NCBI GenBank assembly: GCA_965153455.1
Contig: OZ234493.1
Location: forward strand, 26,464,213-26,528,212
Direction: 5' to 3'
DNA: 64,000 nt
Source: Sphagnum compactum
Taxonomy: Eukaryota
The notes under the pieces are model-generated. The model had not been told where the DNA came from. It searched no databases and saw only the letters and a list, made by a program, of their open reading frames with translations. Positions 52,190 to 64,000 of this stretch are shown here, one piece after another. A program made the translations under genes and the position numbers. Numbering within the stretch: the stretch's first letter is position 1; each line of letters starts with the position of its first letter.

Positions 52190-53060
52190 GTGTCAATTAA
52201 TTATTTAATATTAATTATCTTAAATAGTGATTTAAATGAACTAATTAATTTTAATTAATTAATTACCAGAATAATTAATTTGAAAATTTATCTGAAAACT
52301 AAATTTTTGAATTAAATTTTTGATATTTATTTATTTGGATTGATTATTTGAATTAATTAACAAGTGAGCTAATTATTTAAATTAATTTTTAAATTTCAAA
52401 TAATTAGTTAATTAAAAATTTAGATAATGAATATAAAAAATAATTAATTATCTATATTGATATAATTGGTCATTTATTACATGAAAAACTTAATTTTTAA
52501 ATTAAATTGATTTATAGTTCATATTAATAATTAATTATTCAATTTAAGTAATTAGTTCATAATAATTAAATAAATTTCATAATAATTAATATTAATAATT
52601 TATTAATTTATTAAATAATAATTAATTACTATAAATTATAAATCAATTTGAGTAAAAACCATCAAGGTATATATAGGCGTATCCATATGTACACCCAAAT
52701 TTGATTTTTTATATATTATATATATTTCTCTTAATCTCACATTTAAATTAATTATATGTATCCAAATAATTAGTTTATTAGTGCATTTAGATAATTAATG
52801 ATTTGGTGATTATTGATGAGATAATAATTATTTTAATTGATTGGTTTAATTCATTATTAAGTATTTATTTGATTATTATTTGATGATTAAGCATTTTTCC
52901 TATGCATAATTAGTTTGTTAATTATTTTTAAATTAATTATATGAATTATACATATTTATTTAGATTAGTCATACATTATTTATAATAATTAATGAGTTCA
53001 TAATAATTAAGTGTATTAAGCACAATTAATAATTAATAGTCAAATTATTGAAAGAATATT
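52190..53060. repeat. Extremely AT-rich low-complexity (AATTAATT-rich) region
   Basis: Almost no G/C, with recurrent taattaatta motifs. Confidence 0.75.
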
Positions 53061-53789
53061 TTTAAATAAAATATTACATATGAATTTGTATCCTTATTAA
53101 GCTATAAGTTGTTGCATAATAGTCACAACATAATTGAACACTAGTAGTTCAATAGTGGTGTACTAATAGCCTTACTAGTTGTATCAATGGGAATCATAGT
53201 GAGAAATTAGTTGCAAATGTATCTCATAATGGGCGGTGAAAATGCAAACATGTGGCATAATCGCATGTAAATACATCGTACACTAATTGTAACATAATTG
53301 TTGCGCTAGTGGCACATTTACAACAATTCTAAAATAGTTGTCACATGCAACTTTTCAAAAAATCAAATATGGTTGACTATGGATGTATGTGAGGTGTATA
53401 TATATTCCCGTATAAAATACCCATTTTCAACTCATTTGCAACTATAATACAAAGTTTAACTAAATTTTTGTCGTGGCAATTTATTCATTAATTCCCCTAT
53501 TTCCAAAAGGATAGTTGTGTAATAGTTGTAATACCCAAGGGATAGTTGCACAATAGTTGTATACAAGTTATTTTTTGAGCTCTAGTTATAGGGTAGTGTG
53601 GTTTTAGTAGATGCAATTTCTCAGAGTGAGAAAAAATGAAACATATGTTTTTATTGCAAAATAAATTCGGTCTTACAAGCTAGCATGTGTATTCCTTTGT
53701 ACTTGGGAATGTAATGATATCATTTCCTCTAACAATCATAAACATTCAAATTCATATTAGTTGCAAGTGGCAAGGATTACACATAATTA

Positions 53790-54400
53790 TTGTTCAAATA
53801 AAACATCCAAGTTTCCTATTAAGCTTCTTAGTTTATATATGATTTGTGCTGATTTTTTCCACTTGCATGAAAAAAGGTATGGTAATCCATCCCCATCATT
53901 ATGGATAGAGCATCCTTACCATTATGGAAACACATGCAAGAGTGTGGTGCAAATCCAAAATGGTGGATGTGTGATAATAGTTTTTGGGCGCACAATGTTA
54001 TTGATTTCATTAAGTGCCCAATGACGTATTGGATGGTGACACATCATTAGGCTATGGTTTTATGTATGATTAAAAACATTTGGACATTGATCATTGAAGA
54101 GTTCTATATCATGTGATTCACCTAAGCAAAGTAATCCATCTTATTATTGGTGTTCATAATGAACGACATTGTTTTCATAATTTTTGTTTGGTTATGTGTG
54201 TTGTGTTGGTTTTGTAGGCATTGGATTTAGTCTTTATAAGGGAATTTGAAGCACAAAAAACCTTTGCAAGAATTATAAACAAGGTATGGACCCTAAAATA
54301 CGTCACAAATTTGGCACTTGAAGTTCGACATGAACACATTGATTATCAACATTATGGTTGTCAACATTTACATTTGAAAACAATAGGGTGAAAGCACAAT
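53790..54400 (+). mobile_element. Possible Mutator-like (MULE) transposase relic
   Basis: Reads LWKHMQECGANPKWWMCDNSFWAHN and then, after a frameshift, W*HIIRLW. These resemble the MULE P-x-x-x-M-x-D and C-x-W-H-x-x-R-x-W motifs. Heavily degenerate. Confidence 0.35.
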
Positions 54401-54556
54401 TAGGTGGACTGTTTGGACTATCACAATTGTAATTTTTTTGGATTATAAATGAATTTAAAATGTAAAATCATATCATACCTTAAAATTTTCATTTTTTTCA
54501 TTATCCGTGTCGCAATAGACTTTAGTGAAAATCTTATGGATGAGTTTTAAGAAAAA

Positions 54557-54669
54557 AATGGACTCATTGTGGACTTTTGAAATGATGACATTATGTTTGT
54601 CACACACAAAAAATGAAAAATGTGGACTCAAAAAATATGAATGGACTCATTGTGGACTTTTGAAATGAT
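54557..54669. repeat. 30-bp direct repeat, period 83
   Basis: AATGGACTCATTGTGGACTTTTGAAATGAT at 54557-54586 and 54640-54669. Confidence 0.85.
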
Positions 54670-57600
54670 AACATTTATAGTTTGATAATTATTTTAAATG
54701 CAGGAATTGTAGCTAGTGTAAGATGTGGACTCTTCAAAATGTCAACGTGAGTCACCTAACCATGCTTTTACCCAATATGGTTCATGTCAATGCCCCTAAA
54801 ACAATGGTAACAGATGGTGTGTGAAGGCCAATGTGTTGCACAGACTTGGTTGGACGTATAATTCACAAGTTATATACATGTTATAAGTTAAACATGTGGA
54901 TGTATAGAGTTATTCTATATTGGTGGGACCCAAGGCTAATCTTCTCATGGTGGATAAAAGCCCAAACTTTTATGTAAATAGGTAGATTACCTTAATTAAT
55001 GGTTCATGTGCATATGCAATAAATTTGTAAACATTGTTTTGACATGATAATGTCTAACAACATGGGTGACTAGTTGTTTATTTTACTTGGTCCATGTTAC
55101 CTTAGTGATTTCAAATCAACATTCAATTGTATTCAATCATTACAATAAAAACTATTCATGTAATCATGTTATGCACTATGCAATGGAGTTTGACAACATT
55201 GTGATAATAGCATAAAGTATTAGCTTGAAGTCACCAAATCAACTTGAATCACAACAAAAATGGGGTTATACTAGTTAACATGGCCACTTACAAGTGAAGA
55301 TGACAACCCTAATAATATCATGCATATCAAAAAATCTTGTTAATCACAACTACATTGAAATGACCATGGCAACTTCCTACATGTCAATGTCGTCATGCAA
55401 TTGTAATTGAGAACGACACTAGATGTAAGTCACCACAACATGTGAATGGAAAAGGGCACTCATGTATTAGTGAAGATATCGACAAGTTTGAAGTTAGTGC
55501 AACTACACATCAAAATAAAATGTAAACATTATGGTCACTCCAATGAATAAGATAATGAAACCAATTACCATGATGAAGGGACAATGGCAATGCTTATGTA
55601 CAATATTACCTACATCAGTAGTATGCCATACTACTCCCAAGTCAGGGGGTGACTTGTAAATGGATTATGTCACTAATCGCCAACACTATATCTATTCCAA
55701 AGTCACAACATTAAATTGTTGGTGCAAGGTGGTGTGGTTGAAACCATTGTAGGTGGATAGAATATAACGAAAGAAACAACTATGGTGAAGTTAGCATGAT
55801 CCATTCTTGTCACACATACACATAAACTAGGTTGGCATTTTGATTCAAACAATTTTGGTGACTATTTTTTTGGGATTCAAATTATGATAACATAACTTTT
55901 GGGACCATATCAACAATAATAATTGAAAAATTACTTAGTGAAACTTGTGATTTTTTGAAACAATTGAATGGACTTTAGCTAAAAATGTCATAATCAACTT
56001 TCATTTTTTCATTAAAACCATAAAATGTTACTATTAGTGAATTTTGTCCCAATTCACTAAAAACATATATAGTGGATTTGGGTTGTGGAAAACCCAAGAT
56101 TTCTTTTTGTGTTCTAACCTCCAAAATGTGTGGAGTTAAGGAATGTTCCTTTAGTTGCATTTCGTTACAACTTAAAAATTTCATCAAGTGCTTATCCCCA
56201 ATACCATTTAACAAGCCTAGAGGCATGTTGAATAGGTTATGCACTTGTTAATTCCTATTCATGTGTTGTTCAAGCATCTTATTTTGTTGGTTAAGAGCAA
56301 ATATTAAAGAATGTGGCATTTGTCTATAATGAAAAATGAACACATGTTCTTGGTTGATGTCTTTGTCACTTATATATAATGTACAATGGTCAACCAAAGG
56401 CAAGGGCTATGAGCCCTGCCACACATGTAAACTTCCATGGTGAACATCAAAGGTCACATTTGGTACGATAAATGGTCTAGCATGAGACAAGGTTAATAAC
56501 CAATTTAAACCATTATGTTTGTTTTACTGAACTCCCAAATTTTCCATATACAATAATTAGATTTTAGTAAGGTTAGGTTGCATATTTAGGTTGGCATTGT
56601 TATGAATATTTATGGATTTAATCACTAAGATTGTTCCATGTGGATTGTTGTATGGCCAATAAAACCAAAATGATTGTTTTTGTTGTGTTCACAATGAGGC
56701 ATCACACTGTTTGGCATTATGAGGCTAAGTGCATGTGTGTGAAGGTGCTTTTTAGTTTAATTTCAGGGGTTGTGAGTTGTAACATGTAGAATAAAACTTG
56801 TTGCCTTGATTAAGATTAAGATTTAAAGTGTACATTGTATGTGGATTTAATGACAATATTACATATCATGTTGTTTCATAACATGGTTTAAAGAAAGACA
56901 ATGTTGACAACAAGTTCATTTAAGATTCAACTTTAGTTTTAAATTTTCAAAAATTGAATATTGATTTTATGAATTTTTTTGGAAAGATGGAAGATGACAA
57001 GCTTGGTCGCAAGGTTTGTTGAAATTTGATATTTTAGATGGGTGGGCAATATTTCCTTCTAAGAATGGAGGTTACATTTCTAGACTTGGATGTGGAATAT
57101 AACTACATGGTCCAAATTCTATAAGGTGCACCAAAATCCTATCATAGTGTCACCATTTTTTGTATTTTGTACTTAGTCCCTTTTTACCATGTAAAGACAC
57201 ATTTATGGATGATTTGATGGAATCTAGAATTGTTTTGGTTTAAAATATGGTACTTATGAAATATTCCACACTTTTTATCTCAATTTTTACGGGGATAAAA
57301 ATATAAGGAAAAACATTTATAGTAAAGACTACATCCTTTTCATCTTGGGTGGACACCTTAAAGGATTTTCACCTTACAACAAATTTGTCCACATACACTA
57401 GGTGATTTTGTTGGATTTTGAGTGAATTCACTAGTCCACAAAATAGGGACTAATGAACTACATCCACAGTTTGTAGTAATATATAAATGAAAAAAAAACC
57501 CCACTTTTAATCCTTGGTAGCAATTTAAATTCATACTTCCACATTTGGAACACGAAGTATTTTCCAAACATATGAAAGTTGGACATAATAAATTATTGTT

Positions 57601-57799
57601 TATATAAAACTCTTGGTTGTGGATCAACACATCGATGTATAAAGTTTGTGATGATTCTTAAAAAAAAGTAACAATGTTTAGGGGTTATAATATCAAACTT
57701 AATTCAATTTCAACAATTGTTCCCAAGATTGAACATAATCATCCAGAAGGGGTTTAGGTGATATGGTTTGAATGGATCCACTTGATACCAATTCATCAA

Positions 57800-58649
57800 T
57801 GATGCACCTCTAGGTTTGTCAAGTGGTATTGAGGGTAAAAAAAAAATCAATTATTGGTTTTAAATTAGAATGCAAATTTAGGGTGCATTCTTTAGTTCCC
57901 AAAACAAAGAGGGCGGATGGGAACTTCAATATGAACTTAGAAAAAAAATCACAAATCTGAATTCAAGTGAAATCAATCTACGCAAACCAAATAAGGCAAA
58001 TAATGCAAATTGGAGCCAAAATGGTGTACGTCCAAGCCATAAGCAATTCACATTTAGACAACACACCATAATTTGGACTTGGGAGTAATCACCACTTTCC
58101 CTCTTCTAGTATATTCTATGATTAGCGGCAAGAATTGCTTAAGTGGCAAAAATTCCATGATTTCCATTTTGGGAGTCCCAAAAATTTCTAACTTTGCAAG
58201 TTCATAATTCTACATACAAATTTTGATCAAGAAAATTACAAAAGTAAAGTTGTAACCCTTGAAAAAACCTTTTCAATGCCATATTTCATGCTTCATTCAT
58301 GGTCATTTGATACTTATTTATTAGGTTCTACTAGTTTTAATAGGTTTAATATTCAAATGGAGAATTCAAGCTCACTTTTAATATCTAATTTTTAAGGATT
58401 TTTCAAAAAAATTAAAAGGACCTGATTTGAACAAAATTTGATCCCTCAATGTTATTTTAAAAATTTGGGAAACCTACATGATTGCAACTTCTAAATATGG
58501 GAATCCACTTAGGAGTGTTAGAACTCACTTTTAGGTTGCATTCTTTCTCACATTGGTGGGAGTATGCTTAAGTCCAAAAACATTTTCCTAGTTCACTCAC
58601 CTTGTCATGCTTCAACATTGGTTACGCGTTCAAAGCTAATGTCATGGTA
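57800..58649 (-). mobile_element. Decayed LTR with adjacent tRNA-iMet-type PBS-like sequence
   Basis: TGGTATCAAG on the - strand at 57790-57781. The segment shares collinear blocks with 61300-61997 and resembles an abundant moss LTR family (recall, not verified). Confidence 0.55.
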
Positions 58650-59281
58650 ATTTATGTCATAAGTCTTTGATGAAAACCTTGGATGTCGTTATTTCTACTA
58701 ATAACCCATTTGCATTGGACCCATTAAAATAAGATGTACAAGTTTGGAATTGGGATATGGGGGGCATATAAAATGATAAAATGTAAAGTTTTTTTGAAAT
58801 TTCCAAGCCCAAAAATGATGATACACCTTGCACCATGTACATTTGGTTGGCTTGCACAATTCGTCAAAGAATTCAATAATGTTTTCATAGAATAATAGTA
58901 ATTTGTTCATGTATAAGTAAGAAGAGGGTACAATAGATAACAAAACCTTTAATTATCATGAATTATCAAAGGTCTTCCACATTGGAATAAACATTTTACA
59001 TTGTTGAAAAAATTGATTGTGGATTTTGCGTGGTGACAATTTGTAAAATTATTGTCACCATGATAATGTAGAAGGATTTGAAGAAGGAATCTAAATGGCA
59101 CATGAAATGTGAAGTCTAAAAAAAGTCAAAAAGCGGTTCAACTTTCACATTCGCCATCCTACATTGTCAAATAAGGCCAAGAAGTTACGTGTTGGACTTG
59201 TGCACGGACATGTGCATGAAGAAGGAATGGCGCAATAAGGCAATGCATCTACACAAAATCCACACTTCAAGTGCTCAATGA

Positions 59282-59345
59282 TGTGAACATCGTGGTGAAC
59301 TCAAGTCATAACATTGACCATTGCTACAATTTGTGTCTAGAACTA
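59282..59345 (+). mobile_element. Decayed gag-type zinc knuckle fragment
   Basis: CEHRGE(frameshift)SHNIDHCYNLCLEL resembles CX2CX4HX4C-Y-x-L-HPEL of retroelement gag proteins. Confidence 0.3.
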
Positions 59346-61299
59346 TTGGCCAACAACCAACATTAATGGTGGTCAAGGCAAAGAATGACATGGAGGAAGT
59401 TATGTGCTCAAACCAAGAGCAAAGCCAAAAATGAAGCCTTATTAAACAACATCAATAACAAAGGTCAAGATGGTAGCATGGTTATTTTTCAAGATCAATT
59501 TGTCCATGAGTTGGAAAAATTGATCGTGAATATGGTAATTCAAATAGTGGTTCAAAGATTTGAAGTAAATACATTAAGCTTCACCATTGTATTTTCTTTT
59601 GTAAATTTGGGTAAAAGCATGGTTAGGTGGCTCATTTTCAACATTTTGAAAACTCTACATTTTACATTGGCTACAATTCCTGTAGTTATAATAATTGATC
59701 AAACTATAAATGATATAATTATCCCTTAGGTTTTTTTCATAAGTATTAATAAATCATTTTCTATATATCATTAGACATGTGATTTGTTCAAAAATTCATG
59801 TGAAAATTTGAATATTTCAATCTGAAACGAATATAAACAATAAAAAAATGATAAAAATCATGGCATTTCAAAAACAATTAATCAAAAAAAAATTCTATCA
59901 GGAAAATTTCAATGCGTCTTACTATTAAATTCATCATTTAATGGTGGGTTTTTTTTTTAAATTTATTTTGATATTACTATGATATTTTTTTGAGTTCACA
60001 TTTTTTCATTTAATCTACATGAAAAATGTAATTTCATGATTTTAAAACGACATTATGAGTTTATTTCCTTTAGATTTCATTCATATTTTGAAATATGATT
60101 CCCATTAAAGTCTATTGCAACTTGGATAATTCAAATTTTGATAATATTAATGTTGAAATTTTACATTTTAAATTCATATGTAATCTAGAAAAATTAAGAC
60201 AATGATAGTTCAAATAGTCCTCTCAAATGGGTGCAAGCAAGATAAAGTGAACAACTTGATTACTTTGTCAAAACTGGAATGAATAGATTTGAAATAACAA
60301 CAAAACCCATTATAAAATTGTGGAACATTGAACGTTTTCATTTCAATGACTAGATATGATATAAGTTTACCTTAATGTGCGTTGATTCTCATATTTCAAA
60401 CTATAAAAATAGGTTTTAAATAGGTTTTTCAAAATACAAGTAGCTTTTGACATCTGTTTTTTATTGTGGGCTTTTGGTTTCAAGTAGGTGTCAATTAGGC
60501 TTTTACAGAAATGAAATATATATATTTTTGATGACTTGCTAAAACATATGTTGATATTCATTTCCTAACTTATTAAATATCAATTTCATTAATGTTTCTA
60601 ACCAAAAATTAAGTTTGAACACATATTTTTCAGTCGGTTTCAAATGTATTTTCTATCTACTTTTAAAATTCATTTTCTTTTAATTTTCTTAGAATTAGAT
60701 TGTTATAAACTTAATAGAGCCAACTAATGCTACTTAATACCTACTTTCACCTAATTTGATGCTACTTTATGGTAGTTATATGAAAGGCATAAGTTTAAAG
60801 TGTAGACATCTACCTTTTTGGTATACTTTATCTTGCTTTGACCCATATGTGCTTTCACCGATTTACATTAATTGATTCCACTAACATCACCCATGATGAA
60901 AAAACCTTGATCATGGTTCACATCATATTATTTGTCCAATCCATTGGAAATAAATTTAGATATAATCACACATTTAAATTCACATGCCTTGTAATCATGA
61001 GGAGGAGATGAGGGATTTAATCCCCAAGAGGTGAAGTCGTGTGTCAAACGTGTCTTCCCTAATGATTTACATTGCCCAAGATTACACCGACTAGTGTATT
61101 TATACCCCAAACATAGGGAATGTTTGACTTATATGGCCAACTAAAAAAAGGGATCCAAATCCATCTTTAAGATTTAGTCACTAAAGTGAATGTAATACAT
61201 GCATTTTTTTGTGTGTTTTATTTGCACAACTTTGTTAGTTGCAAAGTGTCAAGTGTTGATCTAATAACAAACAACATGGAGACAAATTCTTTAATGGTC

Positions 61300-61997
61300 T
61301 GAGTAGTTAGAATTTTGGGATGTTAAAACAAAAAAATCTTTTATCTAGGCAATCTTTGATCATTCAATTTCACGAAGTAAACAAGAGTAATGTTTAGTGC
61401 AAATTGAACCCAAGTTGGAGCCAAGATTCATCAAATTCATGGATTCATCACAACCCATACCCTTATAAAATGCATTTTTCCATTACATAGTATATTTTGT
61501 AATTATCTATGGGTCTTGCATTGAAACAATGTCTTTAAACTTTGAAATGTTATCATATTCTAAACACACCACTTTGAACATAGGAGCCCAATTTTTTATG
61601 GCCCTTGTCAAGATATTTTCAATTTCATGTTAAACTTTTAATTTGAACATGATTTGACCAAGTTCTAATAATGTTATTGAATTGGGGGGGGGGGGGGGGG
61701 GGGGGGTATACCAATATGTTGTAGCCCAAAATGACATTATGATTAATTATTTAAGAAAAAACACTCATCATCAAAAATCATTTTGAATCTTTTGGACTTT
61801 TACGAAATTTTAATTACCAACTTATAATGCATGTTAAGATTTTTGAAGTAATGCATGCCTTTGATTTTTGCATACTTCTCCTTTGGTTTGGGTGAATGTT
61901 TCATTCTTTGATCCATATCATGCTTCAAATTTGCTCTTAGCTCAATTATCTTCTCTTACCTTAGTTGTGATTGCCAGTCCAAGGCTAGGGTCACAAA
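61300..61997 (-). mobile_element. Second, more decayed copy of the same LTR family
   Basis: Collinear matches to 57800-58649: TAGTGCAAATTGAACCCAAG / TAATGCAAATTGGAGCCAAA; TAGTATATTTTGTAATT / TAGTATATTCTATGATT; CAAGGCTAGGGTCAC / CAAAGCTAATGTCAT. The left boundary is approximate. Confidence 0.5.
61684..61706. repeat. Poly-G run (23 nt)
   Basis: Seen directly, inside the decayed LTR copy. Confidence 0.9.
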
Positions 61998-62330
61998 TTG
62001 AATACTTGGATAGCAACTTGCATTTTGAGAGAAAAAACCAAAGCAAGGATTTCAAAGAACCTTCCCATGTAGTTTTTCATTTTAGAAGGACATATAAACT
62101 AATGTGTAGAAGGTTCTATTTAGAAGTAAGGTGTTAATGGACAAAGTATACACTTCTAGAAAAACATGTACACAAAAATCTCATTATTCATATGCATGCA
62201 TGTTCAAATTAGACACAATGTATAGATTCAATTTCAAAAGGCAACAAGACAACTTTATGACTATTATTGCAAATGAACAAGAATACAAAAGATTCAAACT
62301 CACCTCCTTATATAGACTAGGTGGTTCTTC

Positions 62331-62453
62331 CTAATAATTAAAGTAATTCCTTAACACTAATTCAAATATGGAGCACTAACTAATAACTAAAGTAGTTATC
62401 TAATACCAATTCAAATATGAAACATTAACTAGTAACTAAAGTAGTTACCTAAT
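62331..62453. repeat. 49-bp tandem repeat, ~2.5 copies
   Basis: AATTCAAATATG..CAYTAACTARTAACTAAAGTAGTTAYCTAAT at 62359 and 62408, with a partial copy before them. Confidence 0.8.
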
Positions 62454-62489
62454 GAAGTAGAAACTAATATATTAATTAATAATTTTTAT

Positions 62490-63100
62490 TTAAAATTTAT
62501 CAAATTTTGATTTAATACATATAAAGGTCATATCTGTACTTAATACATGGTAACATTTAACCTTGGGGGGGACACTTAATGTAAAGTTTGGGATTTATGT
62601 GTGTCAAACGACCATTTTTAAAGGGGGGATTAAATAATTGTCCAACCTATTTTTTATCACCTTATTATTATCACATATTAAAACCACCCTATATGAATTA
62701 TAATCCATTATTTCCGATTATTGCATACCCTATGTTATAATTAAATTGATTATTTGAATTAAATATACTCTATTTTTTATTTAGTTAACTTATAAAGTTT
62801 ACCCAACAACCAATATATTGCACCCTATATTTTTACTCACTTATTTTTTAAATGTTTTTTTACTAATGTCCCCCTTGGGCATTTAACTTAACACCATAAT
62901 TGCAAATTTTGATTTAACACTTAAAAGCTTGAATTTTCTACTTAACATTTGATTAATTAAATAATTACAAATTTTGATTTAACACTTAAAAAGGTCAAAT
63001 TTGTACTTAACATCTTAATAAATAATTACAAAATTGAACATAACATTTTAAAAAATAAAAATTGTATTTGATATACATTAACATTTTATTAATAATTAAA
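62490..63100. repeat. Degenerate ~60-65 bp AT-rich tandem repeat interrupted by the MITE
   Basis: CAAATTTTGATTTAAYAC...TACTTAA units at ~62501, 62903 and 62968, with a weaker copy near 63028. Confidence 0.65.
62568..62873 (-). mobile_element. ~306-bp MITE, copy 2, with terminal inverted repeats and target-site duplication
   Basis: Begins GGGGACACTTAATG and ends ACTAATGTCCCC. It is flanked by the direct repeat CTTGGG (62562-62567 and 62874-62879) and is an inverted copy of 37753-38070. Confidence 0.75.
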
Positions 63101-63499
63101 TATTAAAAATTATAAAAACTTAATTTATGCTAAATACATGTTCATAATTACAAATGATCATTTATAAAAATTAAATCAATGGTTACTACAAGGTTAAAAT
63201 AATGAATTCTTCCCCTTTGGTCCACCTATATGTGTGAAGAAAGAAAAATGTTGTGTAAAACATATGGGATTAAAGTGAGGTTTGGAAACATTAATAAGGT
63301 TTCCTAAGTTCAAGTTTTATTCTTTTTACAATTAGTCACATTGATTAGCCCATCACCCAAAATAACTCTAACAATGGAGTTTCTTAAATCATCATGTTTT
63401 ATTACTAGTTGAAAAAAATCATTATTAATTTAAGTAATTCATTATAATAATAAAATTTTAAAAATGTTTTTGATTTAAATACTTTAGATTATTGTACCC

Positions 63500-63790
63500 T
63501 GGGTTATTAATGTTATTATATCTTAAGTTATTTTAAAGTTAGTTTGCTTTATGTTATTTTTGACTTTTTTGATTATTCTAGGCTATTTTATCTTAAGTTA
63601 TTATAAAATATTATTAACTACTTTAAACCAATCTAGTTATTTTAGGTTATTCCACCCCCCGAGCCATTTTAAGCTATCTGCTTTAGGTTTAAGAAAATAT
63701 TAAAAATTATTTCAACTTTGACAATTTTAGTTTATTTTCAGATATTATGAGCTATTACACCTTAGTTTATTTTTCCACCTTTTTTTCCAT
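63500..63790. repeat. Degenerate TTATTTTA(G/A)G(C/T)TATT short-unit repeat
   Basis: Recurrent gttatttt, taggctatt and taagttatt motifs. Confidence 0.6.
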
Positions 63791-64000
63791 ATTTTTTCAA
63801 ATTAAATATATGAGAATTTATTTTTGAAGTCTTTTCAAAGGTTTACGCATGAACAATAAATAAATATACAAAATTTTAGACAATTTGAAGGAAAACACAT
63901 TTGAATTCCATTTTTTAATAGCAACTCACAAAATATTTCTTCTTGAGAAAATTTGATTTGACAAGTTGCAACTTTTGTTTATGCAAAACAGTTTATGGTT

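Noticed and set aside
59385..59729. 114-aa ATG ORF between the decayed LTRs
   Set aside because: No domain signal; most likely TE debris.
42950..63100. Short spaced repeats (42950-43115, 54557-54669, 62331-63100) as CRISPR-like arrays
   Set aside because: Eukaryotic context, degenerate units, few copies, no unique spacers and no cas genes; these are ordinary tandem duplications.

Overview
This is eukaryotic land-plant nuclear DNA. Gene structure and repeat style suggest a bryophyte, probably a moss such as Sphagnum (inference). Two intron-containing genes converge tail-to-tail. On the + strand is a 3-exon double-B-box zinc-finger gene without a CCT domain (BBX21/22/24-like, CDS 7911-9943, 325 aa). 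On the - strand is an 18-exon class I trehalose-6-phosphate synthase (TPS1-like, CDS 30392-22564, 1016 aa). I placed the exons by hand from splice signals and reading-frame continuity. The space between the genes holds two decayed Ty3/gypsy retrotransposons. The remainder (1-7.3 kb and 32-64 kb) is AT-rich, CpG-depleted TE debris: MITEs with TIRs/TSDs, two decayed LTRs, a MULE-like transposase relic, a tRNA-like Pol III promoter relic, tandem repeats and microsatellites. I found no convincing novel multi-gene system. The most interesting observations are regulatory or splicing oddities: a GC-AG intron and a stop-free in-frame intron in TPS, a long TPS leader with uORFs or a leader intron, three VP motifs and a 5'UTR G-quadruplex motif in BBX, a 72-nt near-perfect hairpin, and an unexplained intron-like signal upstream of TPS.
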